Shown here in pieces: positions 20,652 through 29,410 of a DNA stretch of 64,000 nt. The stretch lies in NCBI GenBank assembly GCA_021325435.1, contig JAJPHE010000126.1, positions 27,791 through 91,790 on the forward strand. Reading direction: 5' to 3'. The DNA is from Actinomycetota bacterium. Lineage in GTDB: Bacteria > Actinomycetota > Acidimicrobiia > Acidimicrobiales > JAJPHE01. The notes under the pieces were generated by a model, which did no database searches, had not been told where the DNA came from, and saw only the letters and a program-made list of their open reading frames with translations. The translations under genes and the position numbers were made by a program. Positions within the stretch are counted from its first letter, which is position 1. Every line of letters starts with the position of its first letter.

Positions 20652-20652
20652 G

Positions 20653-20829
20653 GTGACCGGGGACTGGCCCGACCCGGTGATCACCTGTGTCGAGTGCGGG
20701 GGCCAGGCTCATCTGCTCACCCGCTTCCGTGACGACGAGCCGGCCATGCCCGGAGACCTGGCCGTCTACCGGTGCGCTGACTGCGCCGATCGGTTCGACA
20801 TAGTCGTGCCCGAGCGCGACGACGATTGA
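20653..20829 (+). CDS. Small Zn-ribbon protein (58 aa)
   Basis: CVEC...CADC; starts 1 nt after the thioesterase stop. Confidence 0.7.
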   Translation: MTGDWPDPVITCVECGGQAHLLTRFRDDEPAMPGDLAVYRCADCADRFDIVVPERDDD

Positions 20830-20830
20830 C

Positions 20831-21028
20831 CTAGTCGGCCACCGTCGGGGCCCGCCGGTGCTCAACCACCGATCCCGGCGCGGCGTTGCGATCCTCCTGG
20901 CGGATGTCGGACTCCTCCAGCACGGCGGCGGCCTGGCCCTCGGGGTCCTCACTGCCGACGTTGGCCTCCTCCGGCAGGAGGCCGGCGGCCCGGTCGCGGC
21001 GGCGTTCTCGGTCTGGTCGGTCGGCCAT
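20831..21028 (-). CDS. Small acidic hypothetical protein
   Basis: MADRPDRERRRDRAAGLLPEEANVGSEDPEGQAAAVLEESDIRQ; resembles short conserved actinobacterial proteins. Confidence 0.6.
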   Translation of the reverse strand: MADRPDRERRRDRAAGLLPEEANVGSEDPEGQAAAVLEESDIRQEDRNAAPGSVVEHRRAPTVAD

Positions 21029-21148
21029 GGCGCTAGTGATTCCCGCCCGGCGCTCGGCCCATCCGCCGCGGCCGATTGGACACCAGTTCCTGGGAGTAAC
21101 TAGACAGTCCGCCTCCCGTCTTCCCAGGCTCGACCTGGCGCGCCCTGA

Positions 21149-21715
21149 ATGCGACGACTTCCCCCACCTGCCATCGCGCTGCTGCTCGGCGCCGCCGCGC
21201 TCGCCGTCCAGTGGACCGCCACACCGGCGTCGGCGCGGGTGCGGTCCGAGCCCCTCGTATCCCCGATCCCGGCCGTCGGCCGGGAGGCCCCCCCGGCCTG
21301 GCTCATGATCGAGTCGGTCGGGCCCTCCGACCTGGCCGCCGCCGCCGGTGACCCGTCGCTGCCGCAAACGGCACGGGCCCAGATCGCCGTGGCCGAGGCC
21401 GAGACCTACATCGGCACCCCCTACCAGCGCGGCGGCACCACCCACGCCGGCATCGACTGCTCAGGCCTGACCATGGTGGCGTGGCGCGCCGCCGGGGTGC
21501 AGCTCGGGCGCTCGACCTGGGCCCAGCACGACGAGGCGGCGGCGGTGGCGCTGACCCAGCTGCAACCAGGTGATCTGGTCTTCTACGCCGGTCTTGCCCA
21601 CGTCGCTCTGTACGTGGGCGGCGGCCAGGTGGTCGAGGCCCTCACCTACGGGGCCCGGGCCGGCGTGTATCCGATCGGCTACACGGGCGAACCGGTGGCC
21701 GCCGCCCGTCCCTGA
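21149..21715 (+). CDS. Secreted NlpC/P60 (C40) peptidase
   Basis: Signal peptide, [27 protein letters not shown]. Confidence 0.9.
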   Translation: MRRLPPPAIALLLGAAALAVQWTATPASARVRSEPLVSPIPAVGREAPPAWLMIESVGPSDLAAAAGDPSLPQTARAQIAVAEAETYIGTPYQRGGTTHAGIDCSGLTMVAWRAAGVQLGRSTWAQHDEAAAVALTQLQPGDLVFYAGLAHVALYVGGGQVVEALTYGARAGVYPIGYTGEPVAAARP

Positions 21716-21736
21716 CAAAGTCGTAACTTCCCGGGC

Positions 21737-22948
21737 ATGCGCGACTGCAGGCGGGGAACGTCCGCCGGTGTGGCTCGTGGCGGCCGGCTCCTGGTGGCCG
21801 CCCTGGTCGTCGGCGTCTCGCTGGCGGCATGCGGTTCTGCCGGCTCGCCCAATGCCGGGGCGGCGACGGTGAAGATCGCCATCGAGGGGCCGATGACCGG
21901 ACCGCAGTCCTCGACCGGTATCGACATGTGGCGGGGCGCGCAGCTGCTCGCCAACCGGGTCAACGCTGCTGGCGGGGTCCTCGGTCGCCGGCTGCAGCTG
22001 GTGCAAGTCGACGACAAGGCCGACGCCGCCACGGCGGCGGCCACCGCCCGCAAGGCCGTCAGCCAGGGCGTGTCCGCCGTCATCGGCCCCTACAACTCGG
22101 CCGTGGGGCTGGCCAACCTGCCGGTCTACCTCCACGCCCACGTCATCACGATCCGTCTGACCAGCAACCAGAAGACCAACCGGATGGGTATCACCGTGCA
22201 GCCGATGGACTATCAGGTGGCGCCCATCGAGGCGGCGGCTGTCCAGAAGAGCCCGGCCATCAAGCGGGTAGGCATCGTCTACGACACTTCGGCCTACACC
22301 TCCGGTGTGGCCGCACAGATGCGCTCGCTCCTCACCGGCGCCGGAGTTCAGGTGCCCGCCTTCGAGTCGATCCAGAGCGATCAATCCGACTTCCACGACG
22401 TGCTCACCCAATTGAAGGCGACCAACGCCGACCTCGACTACTTCGTCGCCTACGACCCACAGGCAGAGGACCTCGTCCAGCAGGCGGCAGCAGTAGGCGT
22501 GCCCGGTGAGTGTCTCGTCGACGGGCTGGCCGCCCAGGGACCCACCTTCCTCAAGACGGTCCCTCTGGCCCTGGCGGAGAGGTGCGTGTTCAGCGGCGTG
22601 CCCACTGCCGACCAGATGCCCGATGCCCTTCCCTACCTGAGCGCCTATCGGGCCGCTTACCATCAAGACCCGGGCACCTGGGGCGCCTTCTCCTACGACT
22701 CGCTCGGTGTGTTGGTCTCCACCGTGCAGTCAGTGCACAGCTGGGAGTGGTCCAGGGTGGAGCCGGGGCTGTTCCACGTTTCGGGCTACCGGGGCATCAC
22801 CGGCACGATCAGCATCGACCCGCCCACCGGCAACCGGCTGAACCCGCCACTGGTGATGCAGGTCGTCGACCCGTCGGGCCGCTACGTCGTCCCGTCGGAC
22901 TGGACCGCAAACGGCCGGCTACCGGTCTTGCCGAAACTGTCCGGCTGA
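21737..22948 (+). CDS. LivJ-like branched-chain amino acid ABC substrate-binding lipoprotein
   Basis: Lipobox LAAC, GPMTG, NAAGGVLGR, VIGPYNS. Confidence 0.85.
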   Translation: MRDCRRGTSAGVARGGRLLVAALVVGVSLAACGSAGSPNAGAATVKIAIEGPMTGPQSSTGIDMWRGAQLLANRVNAAGGVLGRRLQLVQVDDKADAATAAATARKAVSQGVSAVIGPYNSAVGLANLPVYLHAHVITIRLTSNQKTNRMGITVQPMDYQVAPIEAAAVQKSPAIKRVGIVYDTSAYTSGVAAQMRSLLTGAGVQVPAFESIQSDQSDFHDVLTQLKATNADLDYFVAYDPQAEDLVQQAAAVGVPGECLVDGLAAQGPTFLKTVPLALAERCVFSGVPTADQMPDALPYLSAYRAAYHQDPGTWGAFSYDSLGVLVSTVQSVHSWEWSRVEPGLFHVSGYRGITGTISIDPPTGNRLNPPLVMQVVDPSGRYVVPSDWTANGRLPVLPKLSG

Positions 22949-22956
22949 GCTCGGGG

Positions 22957-23970
22957 TCAGCGCCCTTCGCGGTCGTGTTCAGGCGCCCTTCGCTCGTCCA
23001 GTGGCTGGCGGTCGGCCTCAGCGCTGAAGAGGGCACCGACTTCGACCTCGGGCCGGCGGGCCTCCATGGCCGCCAAGCGGGAGAAGGTGCGCCTGTCGCC
23101 GTCCGTGAGGGGGGGCTGGGTGATCGAGCGGGGCCAGAGCCGATAGCGGCGCACGACGTTGACCTCTGCCGCCAGGAGAGTGAGCTGGGCCCCGATGTAG
23201 AGCCAGGACAGAAGGCCGATCACGATGGCGAAGAAGCCGTAGGTGGGACTGGCATGGGCCAGCGAGCGCCGTACGTAGAACCCGCCGAGGCTTTGGAGGA
23301 GCTCCCAGAACAGGGTGGCCAATCCGGCCCCCACGGCCACGTCACGCCAGCCCAGGCGCTCCGAGGTCAAAAGCACGAAGGCAGCCGTGAACACCCCGAA
23401 GTTGATCACGGTGGAGACAGCGATCGACGCGGCGGTGGCGACATGGCCATGGAGCAGGCCGGGCGCGAAGCCGGCCACGGCAGTGGCGGCCAAGGTGGCC
23501 CCGCCCAGCACGGCAAGGATGGCCATACCGCGCAGACGCCGCAGCCAGAAGTTGGGCCAGTCCTTGTAGGGCACGTTCCAGACGGTGTGCATGGCATTGA
23601 GGGACGCCTGACCTACCCCTTGGGCCCCGTAGATGGTCCCGGCAATCCCCACGGCCACCGCCACGGCGCTTCCTCGCAAAGGCTGGGTGGCCGAGTGCAG
23701 CTGGTTGCCGATGATGGGCAAGTCGGCCAGGGCGGTGTTGAGAACCCGCTGCCGGTATCCGGGATGTCCGCCGAGGATGAAGCCAAGCACAGTCGCCAAG
23801 AGCAGCAGGAGGGGGAAGAGGGCGAACAGGCCGTAGTAGGCGACCACCACGGCCTTCCCCCCAGCCTGGTCGTTGCCGTACTTCTGAATGACGGCATACG
23901 GAAAGCCGAGAGCCGCATGGCGCTGCTGAAACCCGTCGAGGCGGCGCACCAACACCTCAGCCCGGTTCAT
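22957..23970 (-). CDS. YihY/BrkB family membrane protein
   Basis: AYYGLFALFPLLL, multiple TMs, YGFFAIVIGLLSWLY. Confidence 0.9.
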   Translation of the reverse strand: MNRAEVLVRRLDGFQQRHAALGFPYAVIQKYGNDQAGGKAVVVAYYGLFALFPLLLLLATVLGFILGGHPGYRQRVLNTALADLPIIGNQLHSATQPLRGSAVAVAVGIAGTIYGAQGVGQASLNAMHTVWNVPYKDWPNFWLRRLRGMAILAVLGGATLAATAVAGFAPGLLHGHVATAASIAVSTVINFGVFTAAFVLLTSERLGWRDVAVGAGLATLFWELLQSLGGFYVRRSLAHASPTYGFFAIVIGLLSWLYIGAQLTLLAAEVNVVRRYRLWPRSITQPPLTDGDRRTFSRLAAMEARRPEVEVGALFSAEADRQPLDERRAPEHDREGR

Positions 23971-24015
23971 CGCTGAGGGTCTCCTGGAACCGGGGGGCCC
24001 GTCCGAATCGTCGTC

Positions 24016-24354
24016 CTAGGCGACGTCGCCGGTACGGGGTCTCGTCCCGAGGAATCGGATGGCCCGCTCGAGGACGTCGACCCCTCCCGCGACGTCAGCG
24101 TCGCCCCCGTCTGCCAGCAGCCTGGTTCTTCCCAGTGCCATGGCGTGGGCCATGGTCGAAGCGTCGCGTTGGGCGGCCCGGAGCAGGTCCAGGGCGACCT
24201 CGGGCGGAGACTGTCCATTCGGAAGGGCGGCCAGCTCCACAGCGCGTTGCCACACCACCTGCGCCCGCTCCGGCGGTCGCGGGCTATGGGCGGTCGCCAG
24301 CTTGCGGCGACGACGGTGCGTCCTGACCACCCACTTCCCAAGGTCATCCGCCAT
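24016..24354 (-). CDS. Hypothetical protein
   Basis: 112-aa ORF with helical character, co-oriented with yihY. Confidence 0.5.
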   Translation of the reverse strand: MADDLGKWVVRTHRRRRKLATAHSPRPPERAQVVWQRAVELAALPNGQSPPEVALDLLRAAQRDASTMAHAMALGRTRLLADGGDADVAGGVDVLERAIRFLGTRPRTGDVA

Positions 24355-24360
24355 GATCGC

Positions 24361-24519
24361 TCACCGGGCCGACCGGACCGAGGATGGATGGCGCCTGACG
24401 GCTCCCAGCAGGGCCTCTCGACAGGGCATGCAGATCCACCACTCGGGCAAGGCGGTGGGGTGGAGGGTGGGGTCCCCCTCGAAGATCCCCCGACACCGTC
24501 CACACTGACGCGGCTGCAC
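24361..24519 (-). CDS. Small CxxC...CxxC Zn-binding protein
   Basis: QCGRCRGIFEG...EWWICMPCREAL; start uncertain. Confidence 0.55.
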   Translation of the reverse strand: MQPRQCGRCRGIFEGDPTLHPTALPEWWICMPCREALLGAVRRHPSSVRSAR

Positions 24520-24739
24520 CTCCGCCCCCCCGGGCGGCGTCAGGTCCTGCGGCTTGACAGGCCGGTCCGCCGTTACAGCAGGACCGACGCCCTTGACATC
24601 GTTGGGCCAGTGCCGCTCGGGACTCTGGTCTGGACCGACAATCCCGGCGACAAGCACGGCGGGCTCCTCTGGCCGCCGGACGGGGGGCGGCCAGCGGCAG
24701 CCCTCTTGGCGGTAAGTCCGAGTCTACGCCTGTATTCTT

Positions 24740-24760
24740 AGACTAGCAATTTGCTTCTAG
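24740..24760 (+). promoter_or_regulatory. Putative operator, copy 1 (AGACTAGCAATTT-NN-TTCYAG)
   Basis: Near-identical copy in inverted orientation at 26053-26073. Confidence 0.55.
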
Positions 24761-24890
24761 AATTGTTGTACCATTCTACGAGTGGCTGACCGCAGCTCGC
24801 TGACAATCACCCTCGCGCCGTGGTGCTCACAGCCAAGCACCGCCGGGCGCGGCTCAAGCGCCGATAGACGTCGGCGAAAGGAAGGTCATC

Positions 24891-25682
24891 GTGTTCGGCT
24901 TCCACGTCATCGATCAGTACGAGCTGGGCATCGTGTTCAGGTGGGGCAAGCTCCAGGACAAGGTCCGGCAACCAGGCCTCACCTGGCTCAACCCCTTCAG
25001 CTGCCGGTTGACGAAGGTGAACATGCAAACCATCGTGGCCCCGGTCCCGGCCCAGGAGGCCATCACCAGGGACAACGTGACCCTCACCGTGGACGCGGTC
25101 GTCTACTTCCGGGTGGTGGACCCCGTCAAAGCCGTGGTGAACGTGCAGAACTACCACCACGCCGTGTCCCAGGTCGCCCAAACGTCGCTGCGCTCGGTGA
25201 TCGGCCATGCCGACATGGATCAGCTCCTCTCCGAGCGCGAGCGGGTCAACGCCGAGCTTAAAGACGTCATCGACGAGCCGACCGAGGGGCCGTGGGGTCT
25301 GCACATCGAACGGGTTGAGGTGAAGGACGTGGCCCTGCCGGACTCCATGAAGCGCTCCATGTCACGCCAGGCCGAAGCCGAGCGCGAGCGTCGGGCCCGG
25401 GTCATCGCCGCCGACGGCGAATACCAGGCCTCCGAGAAGCTGTCCCAGGCGGCGGCGGTCATGGCCGACACGCCGGGGGCCCTTCAACTCCGCCTGCTGC
25501 AGACCGTCGTGGACGTCGCCGCCGAGAAGAACAGCACCTTGGTCATGCCCTTCCCGGTAGAGCTGTTGCGCTTCTTCGACCAGGCCACCACCTCGCCAAC
25601 TGCGCCGACCGCTGCCCGGTCCGCCACGGACTTGCGAGCCACCTCACCCGCGGAAGCCGACGGTGCGGTGAGAATCCCATGA
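24891..25682 (+). CDS. SPFH/band-7 (slipin) family protein
   Basis: QEAITRDNV, AQTSLRSVIG, QAEAERERRA, LQLRLLQT. Confidence 0.93.
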   Translation: MFGFHVIDQYELGIVFRWGKLQDKVRQPGLTWLNPFSCRLTKVNMQTIVAPVPAQEAITRDNVTLTVDAVVYFRVVDPVKAVVNVQNYHHAVSQVAQTSLRSVIGHADMDQLLSERERVNAELKDVIDEPTEGPWGLHIERVEVKDVALPDSMKRSMSRQAEAERERRARVIAADGEYQASEKLSQAAAVMADTPGALQLRLLQTVVDVAAEKNSTLVMPFPVELLRFFDQATTSPTAPTAARSATDLRATSPAEADGAVRIP

Positions 25683-25722
25683 CGATGGCGGTCCCGAGCC
25701 AAGGACCGCTGTGACGAAACAC

Positions 25723-26034
25723 CTACCGGCGGGCCCGGGACCGGGGCGGAGCCGGAGCATCGGTGTCGGTCAGAAGGGCCAGAAGCTCCCCGACAGTGCG
25801 CTTGCGCTTCGACGACTCGGGCAGAGGGAGGTGGGTGCGCACCCGGTAGCGGTTTCGCCGCCCGTCCTTCTCCTTCACCAGATAGCCCGCCTCGGTGAGG
25901 TCGGAAACGATGCCGTAGGCATGGCGTTCGGTTATCGCCAGCTCAGAGGCGATGTCGCGCAGCCTGATGCCGGGGTCATCGGCGATGCACATCAGAGCCC
26001 GGGCGTGGTTGGTCAAGAAAGTCCAGTCGGCCAC
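25723..26034 (-). CDS. Winged-helix transcriptional regulator (MarR/AsnC-like, WTFLTNH type)
   Basis: WTFLTNHA, RLRDIA, ITER, GRRNRY. Confidence 0.85.
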   Translation of the reverse strand: MADWTFLTNHARALMCIADDPGIRLRDIASELAITERHAYGIVSDLTEAGYLVKEKDGRRNRYRVRTHLPLPESSKRKRTVGELLALLTDTDAPAPPRSRARR

Positions 26035-26052
26035 CCATGGAGTCTACCATTA

Positions 26053-26073
26053 CTGGAATTAAATTGCTAGTCT
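26053..26073 (-). promoter_or_regulatory. Putative operator, copy 2, upstream of the wHTH gene
   Basis: Minus strand AGACTAGCAATTTAATTCCAG, just upstream of -10 TAGACT. Confidence 0.55.
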
Positions 26074-26163
26074 TCGTCGACGGGTGTAAGGTGGCTGTAC
26101 CGGACCAGAGCGCTCCGGAACTGCGCCAGAACGACTAGCGCTCACTCAAACAGGGATTGTCAA

Positions 26164-26538
26164 ATGACCGACACCAAGGGCCTGCCAGTAAGCGACATCG
26201 TCAGCGACGGCAATTCACAAGCCCCCCGCGGGCCGGAGGGCGCCCCGACCACTTCGGTTGGCGCTCGCCAGCCGAGGGTCACCCGGCTGGGCAACGCCCA
26301 TGCCGGCCTCATCGCCGCCGCGGTGGTCCTCGTCCTGTTGCTCGTGTTCATTTTGGAAAACGCCCATTCGGTCAACGTCGGCTTCCTCGGAGCGCACCTG
26401 CAGCTGCCGCTGTCGGTTGCGCTGCTCTTGGCCGGCGTGGGAGGCGCACTGCTCGTCGGTGCCGTCGGCGCCGGCCGCATTGCGCAGCTGCGCCGGGCCG
26501 TGCACCGCGAAGCGCACCGGTTCGACCAGCCCCGCTGA
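26164..26538 (+). CDS. LapA/DUF1049 family membrane protein
   Basis: LLLVFILEN...V.VGFLG...LPLSVALLLA...RIAQLRR. Confidence 0.82.
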   Translation: MTDTKGLPVSDIVSDGNSQAPRGPEGAPTTSVGARQPRVTRLGNAHAGLIAAAVVLVLLLVFILENAHSVNVGFLGAHLQLPLSVALLLAGVGGALLVGAVGAGRIAQLRRAVHREAHRFDQPR

Positions 26539-26609
26539 TCGGCAGGCTTTCGACTCCACAGGCGAGCGCCTGCCTGATCCTCGGCGTCCAATTCAGAGGA
26601 GTACCCGTC

Positions 26610-26942
26610 ATGCGAGATCCCTTCACGCCTCCTCCCCGCAACGCACCGGACGCTGCCCACTCGTCGAGCATCCCGGTTCGGTTTCAGGTCCGACCTGTCG
26701 CCTGGGGGGACCGTCTTCGCTACGAGGTGGTAGACAGCCGCACCGGCACGACACTCGTCGTCTGCTCCACCCGCCACGGCGCCGACGGCGACGTCATGGT
26801 GTTGAACATGGGCGGCCTGGGCGGGCCTCGGGTCCTTGCTGCCGCCCTCCTCCCCCACGACCCCGATCCGCCGGCCTCCGGGGTCGGCCTGGGAGATGCG
26901 GACGCAATCTGGCCCACCGGGGTCGTGGTGCCGGCCCGGTAG
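26610..26942 (+). CDS. Hypothetical protein
   Basis: Good RBS (AGAGGAG) before ATG 26610; RFQVRPV...RYEVVDSRTG. Confidence 0.45.
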   Translation: MRDPFTPPPRNAPDAAHSSSIPVRFQVRPVAWGDRLRYEVVDSRTGTTLVVCSTRHGADGDVMVLNMGGLGGPRVLAAALLPHDPDPPASGVGLGDADAIWPTGVVVPAR

Positions 26943-26979
26943 CGATGCGGTCTCGTTGGTCGTGACAGGCTCGGCGTCC

Positions 26980-27195
26980 GTGCTCACCGCCTTCGGCGTC
27001 ACCGCCCTCACCTTCATGATGGTCATGTACGCCCTGGAGCGCCGGGGCCGACCGTACCTGGCCGGCTTTGCCGCCGGGTGCGCCCTGTCCAGCGCCTACG
27101 GGTTCCTGGCCGGCACCTGGCCGTTCGGGGTCATCGAGGCCATCTGGAGCGTCGTCGCCCTCAGGCGGTGGGCCACCGCCCGGAGCGTCTCCTAA
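26980..27195 (+). CDS. Small 3-TM membrane protein
   Basis: LTAFGVTALTFMMVMYALE...YGFLAGTWPFGVIEAIW. Confidence 0.75.
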   Translation: MLTAFGVTALTFMMVMYALERRGRPYLAGFAAGCALSSAYGFLAGTWPFGVIEAIWSVVALRRWATARSVS

Positions 27196-27278
27196 AGACC
27201 GCTGTCCGGTGGGGCTCACGGTCTCAGTGGTGACCCCCGAGGCGCTGGAGGCCCCCGGGGGCGGGACCATGATCCGTA

Positions 27279-29405
27279 TCAGCTCTTGAAGAGGAACTCC
27301 GCCTCTTCGTCGTCGATAAGTAGCCGGATCTCGTCCGCCAGGTCCGGGTGTCCGGCCAGGGCCGGGTCGGCGGCGACCAGCTGGGTGGCCACGTCGCGGG
27401 CATCGGACACCAGGTCCTTGTCGCGCCGAAGGGAGGCCAGCTTCAGGTCGTTGCGGCCCTTCTGGCGGGTGCCGAGGATCGTTCCCTCCCCGCGCAGCTC
27501 CAGGTCCACCTCGGCCAGGTAGAAGCCGTCCGTGCTCTGCTCCATGGCCTCCAGCCGGGCCTCAGCCTCCGGCGTCGACCCGGAGCCGAGCAGGAAGCAC
27601 CAAGAGACCGCCGCCCCTCGGCCCACCCGGCCTCGCAGCTGGTGGAGCTGGGCTATGCCGAAGCGCTCGGCGTCCTCGATCACCATGACGGTGGCGTTGG
27701 GCACGTCGACACCCACCTCGATGACGGTCGTCGCCACCAGCACCTGCAGCTCCCCCCGCCTGAAGGCGCCCATCACCTCCTCCTTCTCGCGGCCGGGCAT
27801 CTGCCCGTGAAGCAGTCCGAGGCGCAGACCGGCGAGCTCGGCCGCCCCCAGCCTCTCGAACTCGTCGGTGGCCGACCGGGCTTGGATCTTCTCCGATTCC
27901 TCCACGAGCGGGCACACCACGTAGGCCTGGTGGCCGGCCTCCACCTCCTCCCTCACCCGGGTCCAGGCCCCCTGCTCCTCGATGGGCCCGCGCGACCACA
28001 CGGTCTTGACCGGAGTCCGGCCGGGGGGCAGCTCGTCGAGCGTCGTCAGGTCGAGGTCCCCGTACACGGTCATCGCCGCCGTTCGGGGAATCGGCGTGGC
28101 CGTCATCACCAGCACGTCGGGATCCTCGCCCTTGCCCCGCAGCGCCGCCCGCTGCTCGACGCCGAACCGGTGCTGCTCGTCGATGACGACCACGCCGAGG
28201 GAGGAGAACTCCACATGTTCGACCAGCAGGGCGTGGGTGCCGACGAGGATGTCGACGTGGCCGGCGCGCAGAGCGTCGAGGATCTTGACCCGCGCCGACG
28301 CCGGGGTCCGGTTGGTGAGCAGCTCGATGCGCAACGGCCGTCCGCCCATCAGGGTGCCGGGGTCGGGGATCTCGAGACCGGCTAGGACATCGCGCACCGA
28401 CAGGTGGTGCTGCTCGGCGAGGACCTCGGTGGGCGCCATGAGGGCACCCTGGTGACCACCCTGGACGGCGACGAGGAGGGCGGCGACGGCCACCAGCGTC
28501 TTGCCCGCCCCCACGTCGCCCTGGAGGAGGCGGTGCATGGGGTGGGGCCCGGCCAGGTCAGCACAGATCTCGTCGATTGCCTTGCGCTGGGCGCCGGTCA
28601 GGGCGAACGGCAACCCTGTGACGAAGTGGTCGAGCAACGCTGGCGCACCCTCGGGGGACGGGCCGACGACGTGGCGGATCCCCTTGGACTCGCGCTCGAC
28701 GGCCCGCTTGCGCATGACCAGCATGGCCTGGAGCCGGAACAGCTCGTCGAAGGCGAGGCGCCGGCGGGCCGCGTCCTTGGCGTCGATGGAGTCGGGCAGA
28801 TGGATCTGGTGCATGGCCCAGGTCCGGTCCTGCAGGTTCAGCCGGTCGCGCCAGCGGTCGGGTAACGGGTCGACCAGCTCGCCGGCGCGGCGCAGGGCCT
28901 CGGCTATCCACACCGACAGGTCGCGGCTCGAGACCTCCGCCTTCTCCGACTGGGGGTAGATCGGGATGATGCGGCCCGTCTGGTCGCCGACCCGGTCGAC
29001 CAACGGGTTCGTCATCTGCCGGCGACCCCGGTAGACGTCGACCTTGCCGAAGAAGATCGCCTCGGTGCCGACGGGCAGCTGCTTCACCCTCCACGCCTGG
29101 TTGAAGAAGGTGCACGTGAGGTAGCTGGTTCCGTCGAAAACGGTCAGCTCGGCGATGGACCTTCCGTTGCGTGCCCGGCGGGCGGATGCCTTCCTGACCG
29201 TCGCCACCACCACCGCCTCCTCGCCGACCCGCAGCTCGCGGATGGAGGCCTGTCTGGTGCGGTCGTGCCAGCGCCGTGGGTAGTGCGTAAGCAGGTCGAG
29301 CACGGACGTGATCTCGAGGGCCCCCAGGGACTCGACGGCCTTGGGCCCGACGCGGTTCAGCTCGCTGACCGGTAGGGCGGCGAGCTTGCGGAGAGGGGTC
29401 GCCAC
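27279..29405 (-). CDS. recG: ATP-dependent DNA helicase RecG
   Basis: RLLQGDVGAGKT, IDEQHRFGV, ATPIPRT, QLRGRVGR. Confidence 0.96.
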   Translation of the reverse strand: MATPLRKLAALPVSELNRVGPKAVESLGALEITSVLDLLTHYPRRWHDRTRQASIRELRVGEEAVVVATVRKASARRARNGRSIAELTVFDGTSYLTCTFFNQAWRVKQLPVGTEAIFFGKVDVYRGRRQMTNPLVDRVGDQTGRIIPIYPQSEKAEVSSRDLSVWIAEALRRAGELVDPLPDRWRDRLNLQDRTWAMHQIHLPDSIDAKDAARRRLAFDELFRLQAMLVMRKRAVERESKGIRHVVGPSPEGAPALLDHFVTGLPFALTGAQRKAIDEICADLAGPHPMHRLLQGDVGAGKTLVAVAALLVAVQGGHQGALMAPTEVLAEQHHLSVRDVLAGLEIPDPGTLMGGRPLRIELLTNRTPASARVKILDALRAGHVDILVGTHALLVEHVEFSSLGVVVIDEQHRFGVEQRAALRGKGEDPDVLVMTATPIPRTAAMTVYGDLDLTTLDELPPGRTPVKTVWSRGPIEEQGAWTRVREEVEAGHQAYVVCPLVEESEKIQARSATDEFERLGAAELAGLRLGLLHGQMPGREKEEVMGAFRRGELQVLVATTVIEVGVDVPNATVMVIEDAERFGIAQLHQLRGRVGRGAAVSWCFLLGSGSTPEAEARLEAMEQSTDGFYLAEVDLELRGEGTILGTRQKGRNDLKLASLRRDKDLVSDARDVATQLVAADPALAGHPDLADEIRLLIDDEEAEFLFKS

Positions 29406-29410
29406 CCGGG

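Noticed and set aside
24860-24867. Sigma28 -10 GCCGATAG before the SPFH gene
   Set aside because: No matching -35 at 15-16 nt
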